Source of the DNA: Phoronis australis
Taxonomy: Eukaryota > Animalia > Phoronida
Direction: 5' to 3'
Length of the DNA stretch: 64,000 nt
Assembly: GCA_002633005.1 (NCBI GenBank)
Contig: NMRA01000025.1
Coordinates: 1,568,548-1,632,547, forward strand
Each line of letters opens with the position of its first letter. Within the stretch, counting starts at the first letter, position 1. Made by a program: the position numbers and the translations under genes. The notes under the pieces are model-generated. The model was given only the letters and a program-made list of their open reading frames with translations, had not been told where the DNA came from and did not search any database. Below, piece after piece: positions 43,601 through 54,687 of this stretch.

Positions 43601-44752
43601 CCAGTTAGGCGGACGGGTTGGACAGAGACGACTGTTCCAAACAAGGAGAAGGACGCCAAGCACTCCAGGCGGCTCCTCTTTGGTTTCACATCTTCACTCT
43701 TGCCAGCAACCTTTGTATTGGAGAAGTACGACAAAGATTCCTCAATCTCTTATGATTAAGACTTAAAGCTGCATTTTACATTTGCTTCGCTGCCAATTTT
43801 TAATTCTTAACTGAAGCACTATGGGGTTTAAAATCATCACCACGCACACATAATCTTTGACTTGTTGCCAAATGTGCGGGGTACATATGCCATTTTCGAA
43901 TTTGCTATTTCAGGGTTGGTCAATTCCAATAAACTTTGATGCATTTTCTTCAGTTGATGATGGATTTCATGTTTTTGTTGGCAACAAAAACAGAATCCTA
44001 TCACCATAAGGAATATTACAAGATATGTTTAAATGTAACAGAATGTCTAATTTGATTTACGTTTTGAGCAAGCTAAACAAGGCGAAATGCGGCTTTAACC
44101 CAGCTATCCCATAAATGAGCATATTGACACAGACCATACTTCTGTACCTAACTGGTATGGTGCGTGTCAAGAAGGGAAAAAGAACCCCATAGAATTGAAC
44201 ACAAATGGCTATGTGAGACATACTAAATATCATACCGAGAGCTATGTTAGCATTACAAAAAAGTTCCTCAATGTTAGAAAGAAAGTTTAAACACTTTTGG
44301 AATGGCAATTTTAAAACACTTTTGGGATGATGCAGTAAAAGCTATATGGGAGAGAAGGCACTTTTTTCACTCTCTTCCCCCACCCATATTTTTCTTTTAC
44401 TAGTAGTTTTTGAATATCTCCGAATGCAAGCAGCCACTTTTTAAAAAAATTAAGTTTGGCAACTTCCCGATCACCTGTCACTGAATTCAGCATGTCAAGC
44501 CAAAAAATGGTCCATTGAAGAAGGTTTGAAAATGCTATTGAATATCTTTAAGAATTATGAACAAATTCAGCTAAAACGAAATTATCACATATATGCCAAA
44601 CTAATCACCTCTGCATCATAATTTAACCGATATACTTGCAGCTCAGAGGAGCCAATGACAACTAGATTCTTCTCTGTTGGTGACAGAAAGTTGCAATATA
44701 TGGACTGTTCAATCCCAGTAGGAGGGTGAAGCTGCTTGTGCAAGGCATACAT
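10602..44752 (-). CDS. CPSF1: Cleavage and polyadenylation specificity factor subunit 1 (CPSF160); 33 coding exons, 1419 aa
   Basis: Starts [22 protein letters not shown] (ATG 44752) and ends [15 protein letters not shown] (10602). Exons: 44609-44752, 43558-43710, 42130-42210, 41436-41581, 40827-40970 (duplicate copy 36804-36947), 32812-32951, 32292-32402, 31682-31775, 31310-31397, 30828-30941, 30105-30174, 29494-29588, 28306-28461, 26591-26746, 25449-25590, 22515-22690, 22026-22165, 21137-21235, 20492-20576, 19931-20119, 19035-19262, 18360-18512, 17816-18023, 17302-17386, 16816-16957, 16294-16446, 14697-14873, 13942-14008, 13307-13354, 12294-12452, 11738-11867, 11101-11239, 10602-10649. All are GT-AG and total 4260 nt. 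Diagnostic motifs: [54 protein letters not shown]. Confidence 0.97.
13630..13882. mobile_element. Non-autonomous DNA transposon with CAGGGCTTGGAAT TIR and 6-bp TSD (hAT6-like)
   Basis: atagta|cagggcttggaat ... actccaagccctc|atagta. Confidence 0.75.
14425..14780. repeat. ~100-bp tandem repeat derived from a CPSF1 exon 3' end plus its donor site
   Basis: About 3.5 degenerate units sharing ggctgc(c/t)ac...atactgtgatact...tggatatca...cacctatc/cacctacc. The last unit is coding exon sequence (14697-14873). Confidence 0.8.
15996..16122. repeat. 42-bp minisatellite, 3 copies
   Basis: aaacaatgtcaatcaaaggccagtgacctcaacgtgtt(t/a)gt repeated. Confidence 0.85.
22739..23981. repeat. ~620-bp tandem duplication split by a single N (probable haplotype/assembly duplication)
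   Basis: 22739-23361 is repeated at 23363-23981 with SNPs and small indels; the junction base 23362 is N. Confidence 0.8.
23690..24300 (-). mobile_element. 5'-truncated, decayed non-LTR (LINE) retrotransposon 3' fragment
   Basis: The minus ORF 23919-24140 contains [14 protein letters not shown], resembling the C-terminal Cys/His motif of LINE ORF2 proteins. Flanking frames are broken and the boundaries are approximate. Confidence 0.55.
27616..27722. repeat. 34-bp minisatellite, 3 copies
   Basis: aaagtgtgttcacatacccgacgtgacaagagca repeated. Confidence 0.85.
29745..29882. repeat. ~50-bp minisatellite, ~3 copies
   Basis: tgtgc(n)attcctgcttttgttgtaactctatgctgaacagataactttc repeated. Confidence 0.85.
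33018..35083. mobile_element. Large MITE with subterminal aaacctggt repeats, interrupted by nested insertions
   Basis: TIRs cagccaatttcatagaggtggtttaa / ttaaaccacatttatgaaatcagctg are each flanked by aag. Both ends are rich in aaacc(t/a)ggt(c/t)ta repeats. Confidence 0.65.
33920..34425. mobile_element. Non-autonomous DNA transposon with CAGGGCTTGGAAT TIR and 6-bp TSD (hAT6-like), second copy
   Basis: ttagat|cagggcttggaat ... attccaagccctg|ttagat, a perfect 13-bp TIR. Confidence 0.8.
35279..36519. mobile_element. Tc1/mariner-superfamily (Tc2/pogo-like) non-autonomous element, short form
   Basis: ta|ccgttaacttgcaggttaatgccc ... gggcgtaaacccgcgagtttacgg|ta, with TA TSD, CCGT termini and subterminal gcgattaccc...gggcgctta repeats. 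Confidence 0.75.
36804..36947 (-). CDS. CPSF1: Second copy of CPSF1 coding exon 5 (144 nt, phase 2-2)
   Basis: [48 protein letters not shown], with intact AG and GT. The only difference I saw from 40827-40970 is a synonymous CAT/CAC. Confidence 0.6.
37379..37644. other. Assembly gap (N run)
   Basis: Run of N bases between a 24-bp minisatellite and a C-run. Confidence 0.99.
38278..40547. mobile_element. Tc2/pogo-like element, long form (extra ~1.1 kb internal sequence)
   Basis: Same ta|ccgttaac...gttcacgg|ta ends and flanks as 35279-36519, plus an internal segment at ~38556-39655. Confidence 0.75.
41318..41372. repeat. 24-bp minisatellite
   Basis: caataccacacacagttcatagta repeated; a longer array is at 37303-37378. 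Confidence 0.8.
42637..42708. repeat. 12-bp minisatellite
   Basis: aggattcaacat, about 6 copies. Confidence 0.85.
43348..43411. repeat. Imperfect (GT)n microsatellite
   Basis: tgtgtgtgtg run with interruptions. Confidence 0.9.
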
Positions 44753-45609
44753 GGCGACGAAGTTACGCGATAACCTGCAAAAATATGGCACATTGATAGG
44801 GGAACACCACTCAATTTTACTTCTTGGAATGAAAATATCAATGTCAATTGCAGTTTTTAGGTATTCACACCAACAGACAGTTCATTGTCGTCCATTGCAA
44901 TGATCACCAATTACTCAAACATAAACTATACTTTATATATGTTAACTCCCAACAACTATTCCGTCCATAACGGATAAGACACAAGTGGTATGATATTGGC
45001 CAGTCACATTCATCTCATTAAAGTTCGCTAACCATGAACTGAGAGGAAACATGGACCTGGGTCTAGTCTCCCAACTTGAACTCATACTTGAAATTATGAC
45101 GTTACCAAGAACTCGTGATAATAAGTGTGCATTATTCTGTTCTAGAGTAAATTATGGTTAACATAGCTCAATATTTAATCCATTTTGCACTCAATGACCC
45201 TAATTTAAAGCCATAACTATGAGTCTCAACGCGAAATCTTTATTTTGGACATGAGTTTCTTGCTCGAATTTTGGAGGTTTACAATCAAATGTAAACTTGG
45301 AACAAGACATTTTGTGTATAATGTTATACAGTGGAGCACACAATTATACATGTACTTGTCTTCAGTCAATGCTTTAAAGTAGACTGAGTAGAAAATGTCG
45401 AAATATAATGGAATTCATCGAATTCGAGTTCAGAGATTAGAGCCCGACATAAGCTCACACTTCAGCAACTCCAGTTTAACAACACTGTTTTACGGATCTG
45501 ATTGGATGAATTCCTGTTTGGTATATTTGACGCTTTGAACTTTATTGACAGAGTCTAACTTAAAGACTGCATCACTGTCTCAACTAACTGCAGCAGAGAC
45601 AGTGGTCAT

Positions 45610-46485
45610 ATCATTAGCCATCCATACACTGCAAGCTTTTCCGCAAATTATGCCTCACACTGACTTTATCAAAGTCATGTTGCTATAAGCAATACCTTTT
45701 GTGCAAAGGTCAACTTAGGAGGCCATTGATGTCTTTAACTCTTCCCAGCTTGAACAAATACCCCCCGCACTCAAACTTTCTTCGAACAGTCCTTCTTTCA
45801 GTTGCTCAAATCAGCAACTGCCCATTTTTACACTACTCGCATCAGCAGATATTACGTTACATCTCCTGGCACGAGCAGTGTAAAAATGACCAGTTCCTGA
45901 TTTGGGCAGCTGAACGAAGAACTGTTCAACAAAAGAAGTGATTATGGGAGTTTTTGTTCCAGTTGGAAGGAATTAAAGACACCAGTGGCCTCCTAAAGGT
46001 GTCCCTCTATGCACAAAAGGTAATTATAGCAACATGATTTTGATCTTTTGATCATTGTGAGGCATAATTCGCCGAAAGGCTCCCAGTGTATAGGATAGCC
46101 ACAGTCTCTTCTGAGTACTGAGGGCATTTGAAACATTGGTACTGTCTAGGCTGGTGGTTGATTAGACAGTGACCACCGTCCTACTGGACCGCCAGTTCCC
46201 AAAATCGGTAACTCACCATTTTTAACACTGTGCGCGGCACGTGACATGATGTCATATCCCCTGGTGTGTGCAGAGTGAAAATGGTGAGTTACCGGTTTTG
46301 GGAACTGAACGAAGGACTGCTCAAAGAAAAAGTTTGATAACAGAAGTATTTGTTGAGTTGGAAGAAATTAAATACATCGACGGCCACCTAAGGTGTCCCT
46401 CTATGCACAAAAGGTATTTATAACTTGACTTTGATGTTTTAGTCAGTGTGAAACATAATTCGCCGAAAAGCTTCTGGTGTATGAA
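45610..46485. repeat. Composite foldback: three ~185-bp diverged copies (one inverted) plus a central palindrome
   Basis: 45610-45795 is the reverse complement of 45910-46095 and of 46305-46485. Palindrome cagttcccaaaatcggtaactcaccatttt / aaaatggtgagttaccggttttgggaactg lies at 46193-46307. Confidence 0.75.
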
Positions 46486-46883
46486 GCGCCTATAGGAGCT
46501 CCAGTAGAGTGCCAGTGGAGACAGTGGTCACTGTCTAGTAGTTGATCCGTCGTCGTTGATGGACACCCGTCAATAAGCAGCAGTGGAACATTTCTGCACA
46601 TATTCACTGCAAGCTTGTATATTCCAATTGTTTACAAATTCAGATCAGCACGCAGGATAATTTTAAGGGCCACTGCGTTTGACTGCAACTAGGCCTAACA
46701 GATACTAAATCAGTAAATGACAACTGACGGTGCGCCGGGTGCGAGATAAACGTGTTGTCAGTCCCAAGTTTCCAGATTATTCAGCGCATTTCAAAATATA
46801 ATAAATAGCTGAACGGTGATCAGTTAAAATATTTTTTAAAAAATTGCAGGGAATACAACTAACAAACTTTCTCGTGTGTTTAC

Positions 46884-46935
46884 TCTTCAGGTTAAAACAA
46901 TGGGCATCAACATGGTGGTCGCCATCTTTGTAAAA
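46884..46935 (-). promoter_or_regulatory. Candidate CPSF1 non-coding first exon / TSS region with a YY1-type motif
   Basis: The CPSF1 ATG exon has an acceptor at 44775-44776, so an upstream exon is needed. The minus strand shows AAGATGGCG (YY1 consensus) at ~46920-46928 and donor ga|gtaaac at 46883. Confidence 0.4.
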
Positions 46936-47608
46936 ACATGTAAAGTTAGCTATAATTTAATTCTTCAGTTTCGAAAATCAAATTTTCATCAATTTTGCTT
47001 AGAATATTTTATGAATGTCCTTTAGCTTAAGCAAAATCTAGTGAAATGAGTTGATTAGATGCGTCATCATGAGCCACTTTGCAGCTTTACTGAAGCTAAA
47101 GAAAATAAAATATTTAATACGTGACTAAAGTTGCAATCTTGAAAGTTGCCATCCGAGAGGGTTGTTTGTGTTGAGGATCATACATATTTATCGTGTTTTG
47201 GTAATAATCCGATACTTGGGTACTTGGCATTGGCTTTGTATTCTAACCATTAATAAATTGAAAGGTACACTATATAGAAATTGACAGAACTTGCTTTACT
47301 TTTGAGCACATGCCAGAAAAATACTGTAAAACATTGGGCTGTTCTGTTTCCATTCATTTTTGTCATGGGCACGTTCGGGGATGGTGTGATGATTGACAGT
47401 CAATAATACTCAGATTTGAAGAATCTGCAGCATGCGAAAACTTGATAATGCCGGGCATTTTAATTTGCTTCGTTAACATTTTCAAGTTAATCTTGATACT
47501 TTCATACTATCTAGCTAGTTACTGAGTCAGTCCTTCATGTGTACTGAAAACTAATGCCTGGTTGGGTGCATTATATATGTAGAAGGCCTTGACTGTATTT
47601 CTGTAGGG

Positions 47609-50600
47609 ATGGAAGATGAGTTGACCTGCCCCGTCTGTCTCGAGCTGTATGCGGATCCTTTGCTGTTGCCTTGCTCCCATAGTGTTTGTAAGAAATGTCT
47701 CACAGATATCATTCAGAAGATGGACGAAGGTATTTTTTTTGTTAATTATACTCTGCATTATATATTTCAATGTGTGTTCTGGAAAGCTGTCCACTAATAA
47801 TGAATATGTGTAGCTATTCCTTCCTTTAGAAGGATTCTAAACCCTGTTTCGAGGATTTCAACCAATTCTCTTTCTGTCACCTGCTAATTAAATGCATCAT
47901 TGGCATCAATCTATCAAGTTAAAGGCAGATCAACTGAAGTCACATGCTCCCTATGTCACAGACTGGACATTATGTTCCTAGGTGGGTGGTCTTTTCCCAA
48001 AGCTGTCGTTTAATTTGCTAAAAGCATAGGTCATGCTTGTCCATTTAGTTGACAATTGGAAAGGAGTTTTCAACTTTTCCTCCAAGGGTTGTCAACGGCC
48101 ACAGAGTATCATATTGTTTCAGAGAACATGGAAGGGAAAGTCGTTTTTAATATCTGATGATAGACCAAAACTGGGTTTGGTATCCTGATCAGTTACCTTG
48201 ATCAATGTTTTTACTTTTTTCTATGGTGATTTACTGTTTAGCTGTCAATGTTGAATTCTTAAATGAAGCGCTTTTGGGGCTTAGATATATTATCACTCTT
48301 ATCCAATATTGAATTTTAGCCGAATGAGTTGGCAACTCAAGTCACAGGCAATGAATACTTGAGCCGTTTTCAAATTCACAATTTTAGCAAATGCTAGTAA
48401 ATTGTGATTAAAGCTTTCTCTCGAGTTGGTGATGGCTTTGATTGTCATGTTTTTTATGGAAATGAGAAATGGAACCCTATTGTGGAAAGGAATATTTTAT
48501 GAGAATGATTTTATGAAAGTGAAAGGTCTAATATGATGTGTGGTTTTTAGCTAAATAGGGCGAAGTGTGACTATTGGTGAATTTCCATCATGTTATTTAA
48601 TTTTATCAAGTAATAAATAAATTTTGGTTTGATACATTTTTACTAAATATGTATGTGTATAATGAGTAATTTATTGAGCGATGTAATTTTTTGTAGCTCC
48701 ACGGTGCCCAAGTTGTCGGCATACTTTGTCTGTAACCACGGAAACAATTCAGTCCTTGCCGCGGAATCGAGCTCTGGAAAATGTAATTTTTCGTTACTCT
48801 GAGGACCGCAGCCGGGCTCTGTCTGCCTCCCCGACGTGCATGCAGCAACCTGAAAAGTTGGGCAAGAAAGAGTTGCGAGACTCCGACTTTCTGGCTGAGC
48901 AAGGCACACTGTGCGATATGTGTGACCAGGCTAGCTCCTCCAATAAAGCGTCGAAGTACTGTACGCAGTGCCAAGTTTACTACTGTCTTCCGTGCCTTGA
49001 TCGTTTTCATCCAAAAAAGGGTCCCCTAGCCAAGCACCGTCTCACGGCACCCGCTGAACAGAGTGGGGACAACATGTCCAGTCTCCGCTGCTCAGTACAC
49101 CCTGAGGAAAATGGGAATATTTACTGCGACTGTTGCTCAATTCTAGTCTGTAGGCTGTGTCTGTGTGATGCTGAGGGCAAACATATGGGTCATCAGTGCC
49201 TGACTCCTGAAGCGGCGGAAACTAAGATAGCGACCATAGTTAAGACCAGTAAACTTGCTCTGGAGCAACAGTTGGATAACTTGACCAGCCAGCAGGCCAG
49301 AATTAAGATGTTGCGGGATGAGACAAGTGTACGTGTCTAGTTTCTAAATTTCTAAAACACTTGAGGGCACTATTTGTTGCATTTTAGTTCACAATCCTTG
49401 GTATGCAATGATTTTTTAAAATAGTGATGTGTAAAAGAGACTGCATTTTTATACTTGGTACGTAGAGTGATTAAATTTAGTTTGCAACTTATGTTTAATT
49501 TTGATCTATATTTTTATTTTTGTCCATGTTGCGAACATTGATCCTGTTGAGAAAATGGACTGGTTTGTTTGCAGGCTACTCATGAAAGTGCTTTGGCTCG
49601 AGTGGAAAGACAACACCACCAACTAGAGCTGGACCTAATGAGTGCCCTGGAGTCTTGTAAACACGCCATGTTGGAGAAACTTAACAACTTGAGCGTAAGT
49701 TGCATGTTAGGCCAAAGTAGTGTGTTTGGTTCTGGTATGTAGTTGGTAGGCCAAAGTAGTGTGTTTGGTTCTGGTATGTAGTTGGTAGGCCAAAGTAGTG
49801 TGTTTGGTTCTGTTATGCAGTTGTTAGGCCAAAGTAGTGTGTTTGGTTCTGGTATGTAGTTGGTTTGGAAATATATGTCTCTATGCAGCTGCTGGCCGAG
49901 AGAGCTCATTTTGTACTCGCCCCCCTCAACAAAAGAAAACTTTCCAGTGCCACTGATTTATAGTTATTTTCAAAGCAGTGACTATATCTGATTTGACAAG
50001 CCATGTTAAAATCTAATTTGAATGCATTGAGGCCTTCGAAAAGAAGACAAACTTTTGGGCAAAAACTGATGCGGACATTTTTTAAATAGGGATGTGCAGT
50101 TTCATATGTGGGGTTGTGGACGAAGGCCGGAGAAAAAAAATGCTTTTGGGCCCCATCATAATTACGTTTTTATTAAATTTTGTCCAAAGGTGACTTCGTG
50201 AACCTAAACTTAAGCCTTTGAGGGCTTTTGGGCTCCATTAATTTGTAGCTGGAGAATGGAAGTAGACCTCAATGATATTATCCGCTATTGTATACTGAAG
50301 GTAAATAGTTACAAGAATAGAGACTGTTACTTCTATGAAGTATTTTTCTACGCTTGTTTTCACTTCTTCACTAAAGCAATGCTTATCAACACCAGTTTAA
50401 ATGTTTGAGAACATGTCAACAAAAGCATTATGTCCACTCCTAAAGTGTCATTCTTATTTGCTGTATTCTGCTAATAAAATTAAAAAGTCTTAGTAATAAT
50501 GCTATGAAAGATGGTGTTAAAACAATGAACTGTTTCAAGCAGTGACAGAGTTGTGTTTACAACTGACGCCACTTATAGGTGGATATGACATTGTCAACAG

Positions 50601-52474
50601 ACTATCTCACACCTTGTAACATTTGGCCGAAGTTGACTGCTCACTGTGAAGATTATCATCTGACAATTATCTGCTGCTTAGTGTATCGTGTTTACAGTCA
50701 GTGGTTTCATTAGATAGCTTGTGCTCATTTTCTTAGGAATCAACACTGGCCGATCTGCAGATGTGCTACGAGACCATCCAGAACACAGAGGAGAATGCGG
50801 AACAACTAGTCATCCTATCAGACAAGTTGATGCAAAGACCCGACCGCAGAATTTCCATTGGGAAGCATGTGAGAGAACTGTCTTCCAGGACAGATGGACT
50901 TGGAAAGAAGTGAGCTTATTGCATACATACTCGTGAAGTACGAATCATCGTGAGATTTATTCATTGTGGCTGGCTTGTGCAACTGTTATAGTTAGCACAG
51001 ATTGCTTATGTACCGTTGACAGTCAGTGTTGATTCTGTCAAATTTCCTCGTTTGCTAGCCTGTAATTCAGTACAAGCCAAAAATGTTCAGACAAATTGAC
51101 CCAGAATTCCATGTCATGATGAGTGGACTGAAACCGATTTCATTGTCGGGATAGTCTCCCCTCATGACTGAGAATGGAAGACAATTAACAGTAAAGTTAG
51201 TATTAAGGTGACTAAGCCATTCTATAATTAGATTTTTGCTGCCCCAGTTGCTATTATGAGGAATTTTTGCAAACTAAGACATCATGACAGGGAAAACAGT
51301 ATTTCGTTTATATTTGTCTCGTAGATCTGCTTTTGTGGCAATTTGGGCGTGGCTGAAAATGATTGACTTTGCTTACAGCACCAGAAACCTGCATGATCTA
51401 TTGGAAAGCACAGTATCGAAGCAGGGTGAAAAGGTGGAACTTATGCGCAAGGCATCAGAGGAATACCATTCCAGAGCCATGGCATGTCTACAGAGATATG
51501 CATCTGGTAGGCGTGACAACCTACTCAATAATGCGCTGCAAATCCTCTCGCTGTATTCTAAATTCAGGTTGATTGGATTATGTCTGCAGTGAGCTAGATC
51601 TTCGTTCACTGGATCACATACATAGCAGGGTACATGCTGAAGCGGACCAAAGCAGAGAAAAAATAAAAGTGCTCTAATACTCCATCATAAAATATGTCTT
51701 TGTGCCTTGCTCTTATTAGAAATGATTATGTGCTTGAAAAGAAATGGCTCTTCGTCATCACGTCAAGTTAAGCTTACTAATTTGCGTGTCATGGTGGATC
51801 AATTCAGCCTTTGAAGTGTTTTATTGTAACTAACTTCAATTAAAGCAAAGAAGTTGTAGAGCAATGTATCATTCCAATTTTTTGCTTTTGTTCCAGACAT
51901 GGCTCAGTCAGCTTGCCTTCCGTTTGTGCCACACATCATTGCTCCGACTTCCCCAGGAAAAGGAGAGAAAACTCCTGCCCGTGTGGCTAACAAGTGTCTG
52001 ATCACATGGGGCTTCACATCGACCACATTTACAGCTGAACCCCTGACAGAGACGAGCATGCTGTTGGTCTCTGTGGAAAAGAACACTGCCCACTGGGCCA
52101 ACTCCATCACAGGCTATCTGTTTGGGGTTGGTCTGTCACCAACCGTATTGAGTACACGCGACTTGGTTGGCACTGATGGCAACGCATGCGGAATATTCTG
52201 CGAGGGAGGCTCCATGCGCTACAGTCAGGGAGGGAACATAGAAGAGCTCCATCTGCTGGCTGATGTGCCATTGTTCTTGGAGCTTCGAGTCATTTTGGAG
52301 GAATTATCACCAATGATTCTCCTGTACAAAGTGCGAAATGAAAAGTTTGGTCTGGTTATGCAAGGAAGGAAGATACTACCTTGGATGTCCAGTGAGAGTG
52401 TTCATCCCGTGTTTACTGTCAGTCAGAGGGTCAAAATGCTGTTCCCTATTAGTGACCAGTTGACCAGTGTCTAG
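47609..52474 (+). CDS. Tripartite-motif (RING-Bbox1-Bbox2-coiled-coil) E3 ligase, TRIM9/TRIM67/TRIM36-like N-terminus, divergent SPRY-like C-terminus; 6 coding exons, 583 aa
   Basis: Exons 47609-47729, 48697-49328, 49575-49694, 50737-50909, 51379-51506 and 51897-52474 join in frame (1752 nt). RING: CPVC...[10 protein letters not shown]...CPSC, then [15 protein letters not shown]-box1: CDMC...[27 protein letters not shown]-box2: CSVH...[13 protein letters not shown]...HMGH. A heptad-rich coiled coil follows. Confidence 0.88.
47830..48048. repeat. Dispersed repeat (copy 1), unclassified
   Basis: aaggattctaaaccctgttt...accaat...ggtgggtggtc...aaagcata...catttag is collinear with 56877-57079. Confidence 0.6.
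49703..49864. repeat. 39-bp minisatellite, 4 copies, immediately after a TRIM donor site
   Basis: taggccaaagtagtgtgtttggttctggtatgtagttgg repeated. Confidence 0.9.
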
Positions 52475-53766
52475 TCGGTAGGAGATAAAGAATAGTAGTG
52501 TGTCAATCAGCCACAGTCATTATCTGTACACCATATCCAGGGCTGCCAGTCATCATTCCTCTCGATCCACACTGGTGTTCTCATAAACAGAAGTTCTTTT
52601 CTCATCAACCGCATTTTGTTACTCATGACTGGTGTTCTTTTCTCTTGAACAAGTAGCATTTTGTGTGGCATATATGTTTTTGGATTGACTTACTCCATGG
52701 TTGTAGGATGCTTAATTCATGAACAAAACCAAGATCGGTGCAATGTAAAATTTAGAAAGGCTTAAACTTGTACAAATATTGTTGAAAATACTACAGTGAA
52801 TCATTTTAAACACGTAAAAGGAGTTGGGGGTTGGCATTGGGTTACTGCAGCATATGAGATTTTGCAAGCGACCACAAAATGGCAGAAAACGTCGCTTAGT
52901 GCTTAGGGTGTAGTTACGATCGCAAATTAAGTTAACATTTTGTACAATGAGCAAACATCTTAATAGCATGAATAGGACTCCTTTGAGAGTAGCATGTGTA
53001 CTGTGTAATTTCCTTTATTTCATATTACGTTCCACAATGACTAAAACAACTTCACGTGTTGGTCTGTTGTCAAGAACCGATTCATTCAACTAAACATACA
53101 CTTCTACAAGCACTTGCGTAAAAGTCAGAATTGCCGACTATAGAGTTGTTTCACTGCAACCAGAGCTGACACACAAAGCCTGTAATACATTAGTAGCCAC
53201 AAGCGAGGCTTCCATAACAGTGCAAAAGCAGACGTTTTGACTGTGTGTACGAGTACTGTCATACTGAGGTACGTAAGAAAAGAAATCTTTATGCTATTAC
53301 GATCGGGTTAGAAATAAATGAATTGTGATTGATGAGAAAAAAACCAACTAGTTCATAAGAAAATAATCGACGTGTTTTAGTGAGGAAAAGATGCAGAATG
53401 TGCGTTCGGAGGAAATCTGGCAACCCGGATTTCATGAAAGTCTTTCTTTTTGGTGACAATATTTTGTTAATCAACCCAGTGGCCTATGTATTGAATTGAG
53501 TTGTCTTTATTTCGCTTGCTCATTTTGATGTGATATCAAATGGATTTTCACTGTTAATTTGTAGTATTGTTTTGGGATATTGTGATATTTGGTGATGTAA
53601 TAGCCAAGAGTTGTCATCAGTCATTCTTAGTGTTGTTTATGTTTACAATATGTACAGCATTCATTTGCATTTCTTATCTTGTGTTATTTTTGAACTTATT
53701 GATTTTTACAACAGTATTATGTTAATGAGTGTTTGAATGTGTCAATCTCAATATAGCGCGGAAAAT

Positions 53767-53871
53767 ATGTTGCACACATTTTAAGTCTTGTCAGCACGCC
53801 GTCTTTTGGCCACATCACGTGACCTAATGAATATAAGTCTGAAAAGAAAGACTTAAAATGTCTGCAACACA
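53767..53871. mobile_element. Small palindromic MITE
   Basis: atgttgcacacattttaagtctt / aagacttaaaatgtctgcaacac inverted pair. Confidence 0.55.
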
Positions 53872-54111
53872 TGTTAATGAGGTTCTGAAAATCATTTTCT
53901 TTTGTGATGAAGTAAAAATTGGACTTTTATTTTGAAGTTATATAGCATTTCACTGAGTGGTGAATTTATTAAGTGACACATTCCTGACAATAGTTTGTCC
54001 TCTGTGTATTTTCAAAGCAAGTTCAAAGCTAATTGAGACCAGTTAAAATCGTCAACTTGAGACTAAATCAAGTTGAAGTGAACATAGCTGCAAATTTCAA
54101 TCCATGAACAT

Positions 54112-54300
54112 TATTGAACATTATATGAAACTGGTAACACTTGTACAACATTAAGTGACACTGGTAACACTTGTTCAACATTATGTGAAACTGGTAACAC
54201 TTGTTCAACATTATGTGAAACTGGTAACACTTGTTCAACATTATGTGAAACTGGTAACACTTGTTCAACATTATGTGACACTGGTAACACTTGTTCAACT
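54112..54300. repeat. 30-bp minisatellite, ~6 copies
   Basis: ttgttcaacattatgtgaaactggtaacac repeated. Confidence 0.92.
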
Positions 54301-54345
54301 ATGAAAAAGCTCTAAAACGGTTTCCATATCAAAATAGCTTTTTAA

Positions 54346-54687
54346 AGGTCGCATGGCAATAGTCACTTCCGGTAAAATCTCACCAGTTTAGAACACAGTG
54401 TGGCCAACAAGTGAAATTTTGCTTAGCTCGTCATTTTTCCGAGAAACATTTATACCACCAAATTAAATGATTTTTCATGTTCAGGTTCTGTACCACAACT
54501 AACATCTAAGTTTTGAAAATTTGTGGACATTCACAACAAGGTTAGAAGCCCTTGGAAAGGGCATTTTTGGCGAGATTTTACCCTACAAGGGCACCGGATT
54601 TTGAGAACTAGTTTGAAACCTGTTAGTGGAGAAAGCTGGTTTCCAAAATGCGGGACCCCTATAAGTGACTTTTGCCATGTGTAACTT
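54346..54687. mobile_element. MITE (possibly Kolobok-type, TTAA|AG start)
   Basis: TIRs aggtcgcatggcaatagtcactt / aagtgacttttgccatgtgtaact, preceded by ttaa; the right TSD is not intact. Confidence 0.55.

Noticed and set aside
49580-49909. Repetitive ORF ([13 protein letters not shown])n
   Set aside because: It is the antisense translation of the 39-bp intronic minisatellite plus a TRIM exon.
54068-54298. Periodic ORF (MLNKCYQFHI)n and a possible CRISPR-like array
   Set aside because: It is the translation of a 30-bp minisatellite. The units are contiguous with no unique spacers, and the DNA is eukaryotic with no cas genes.
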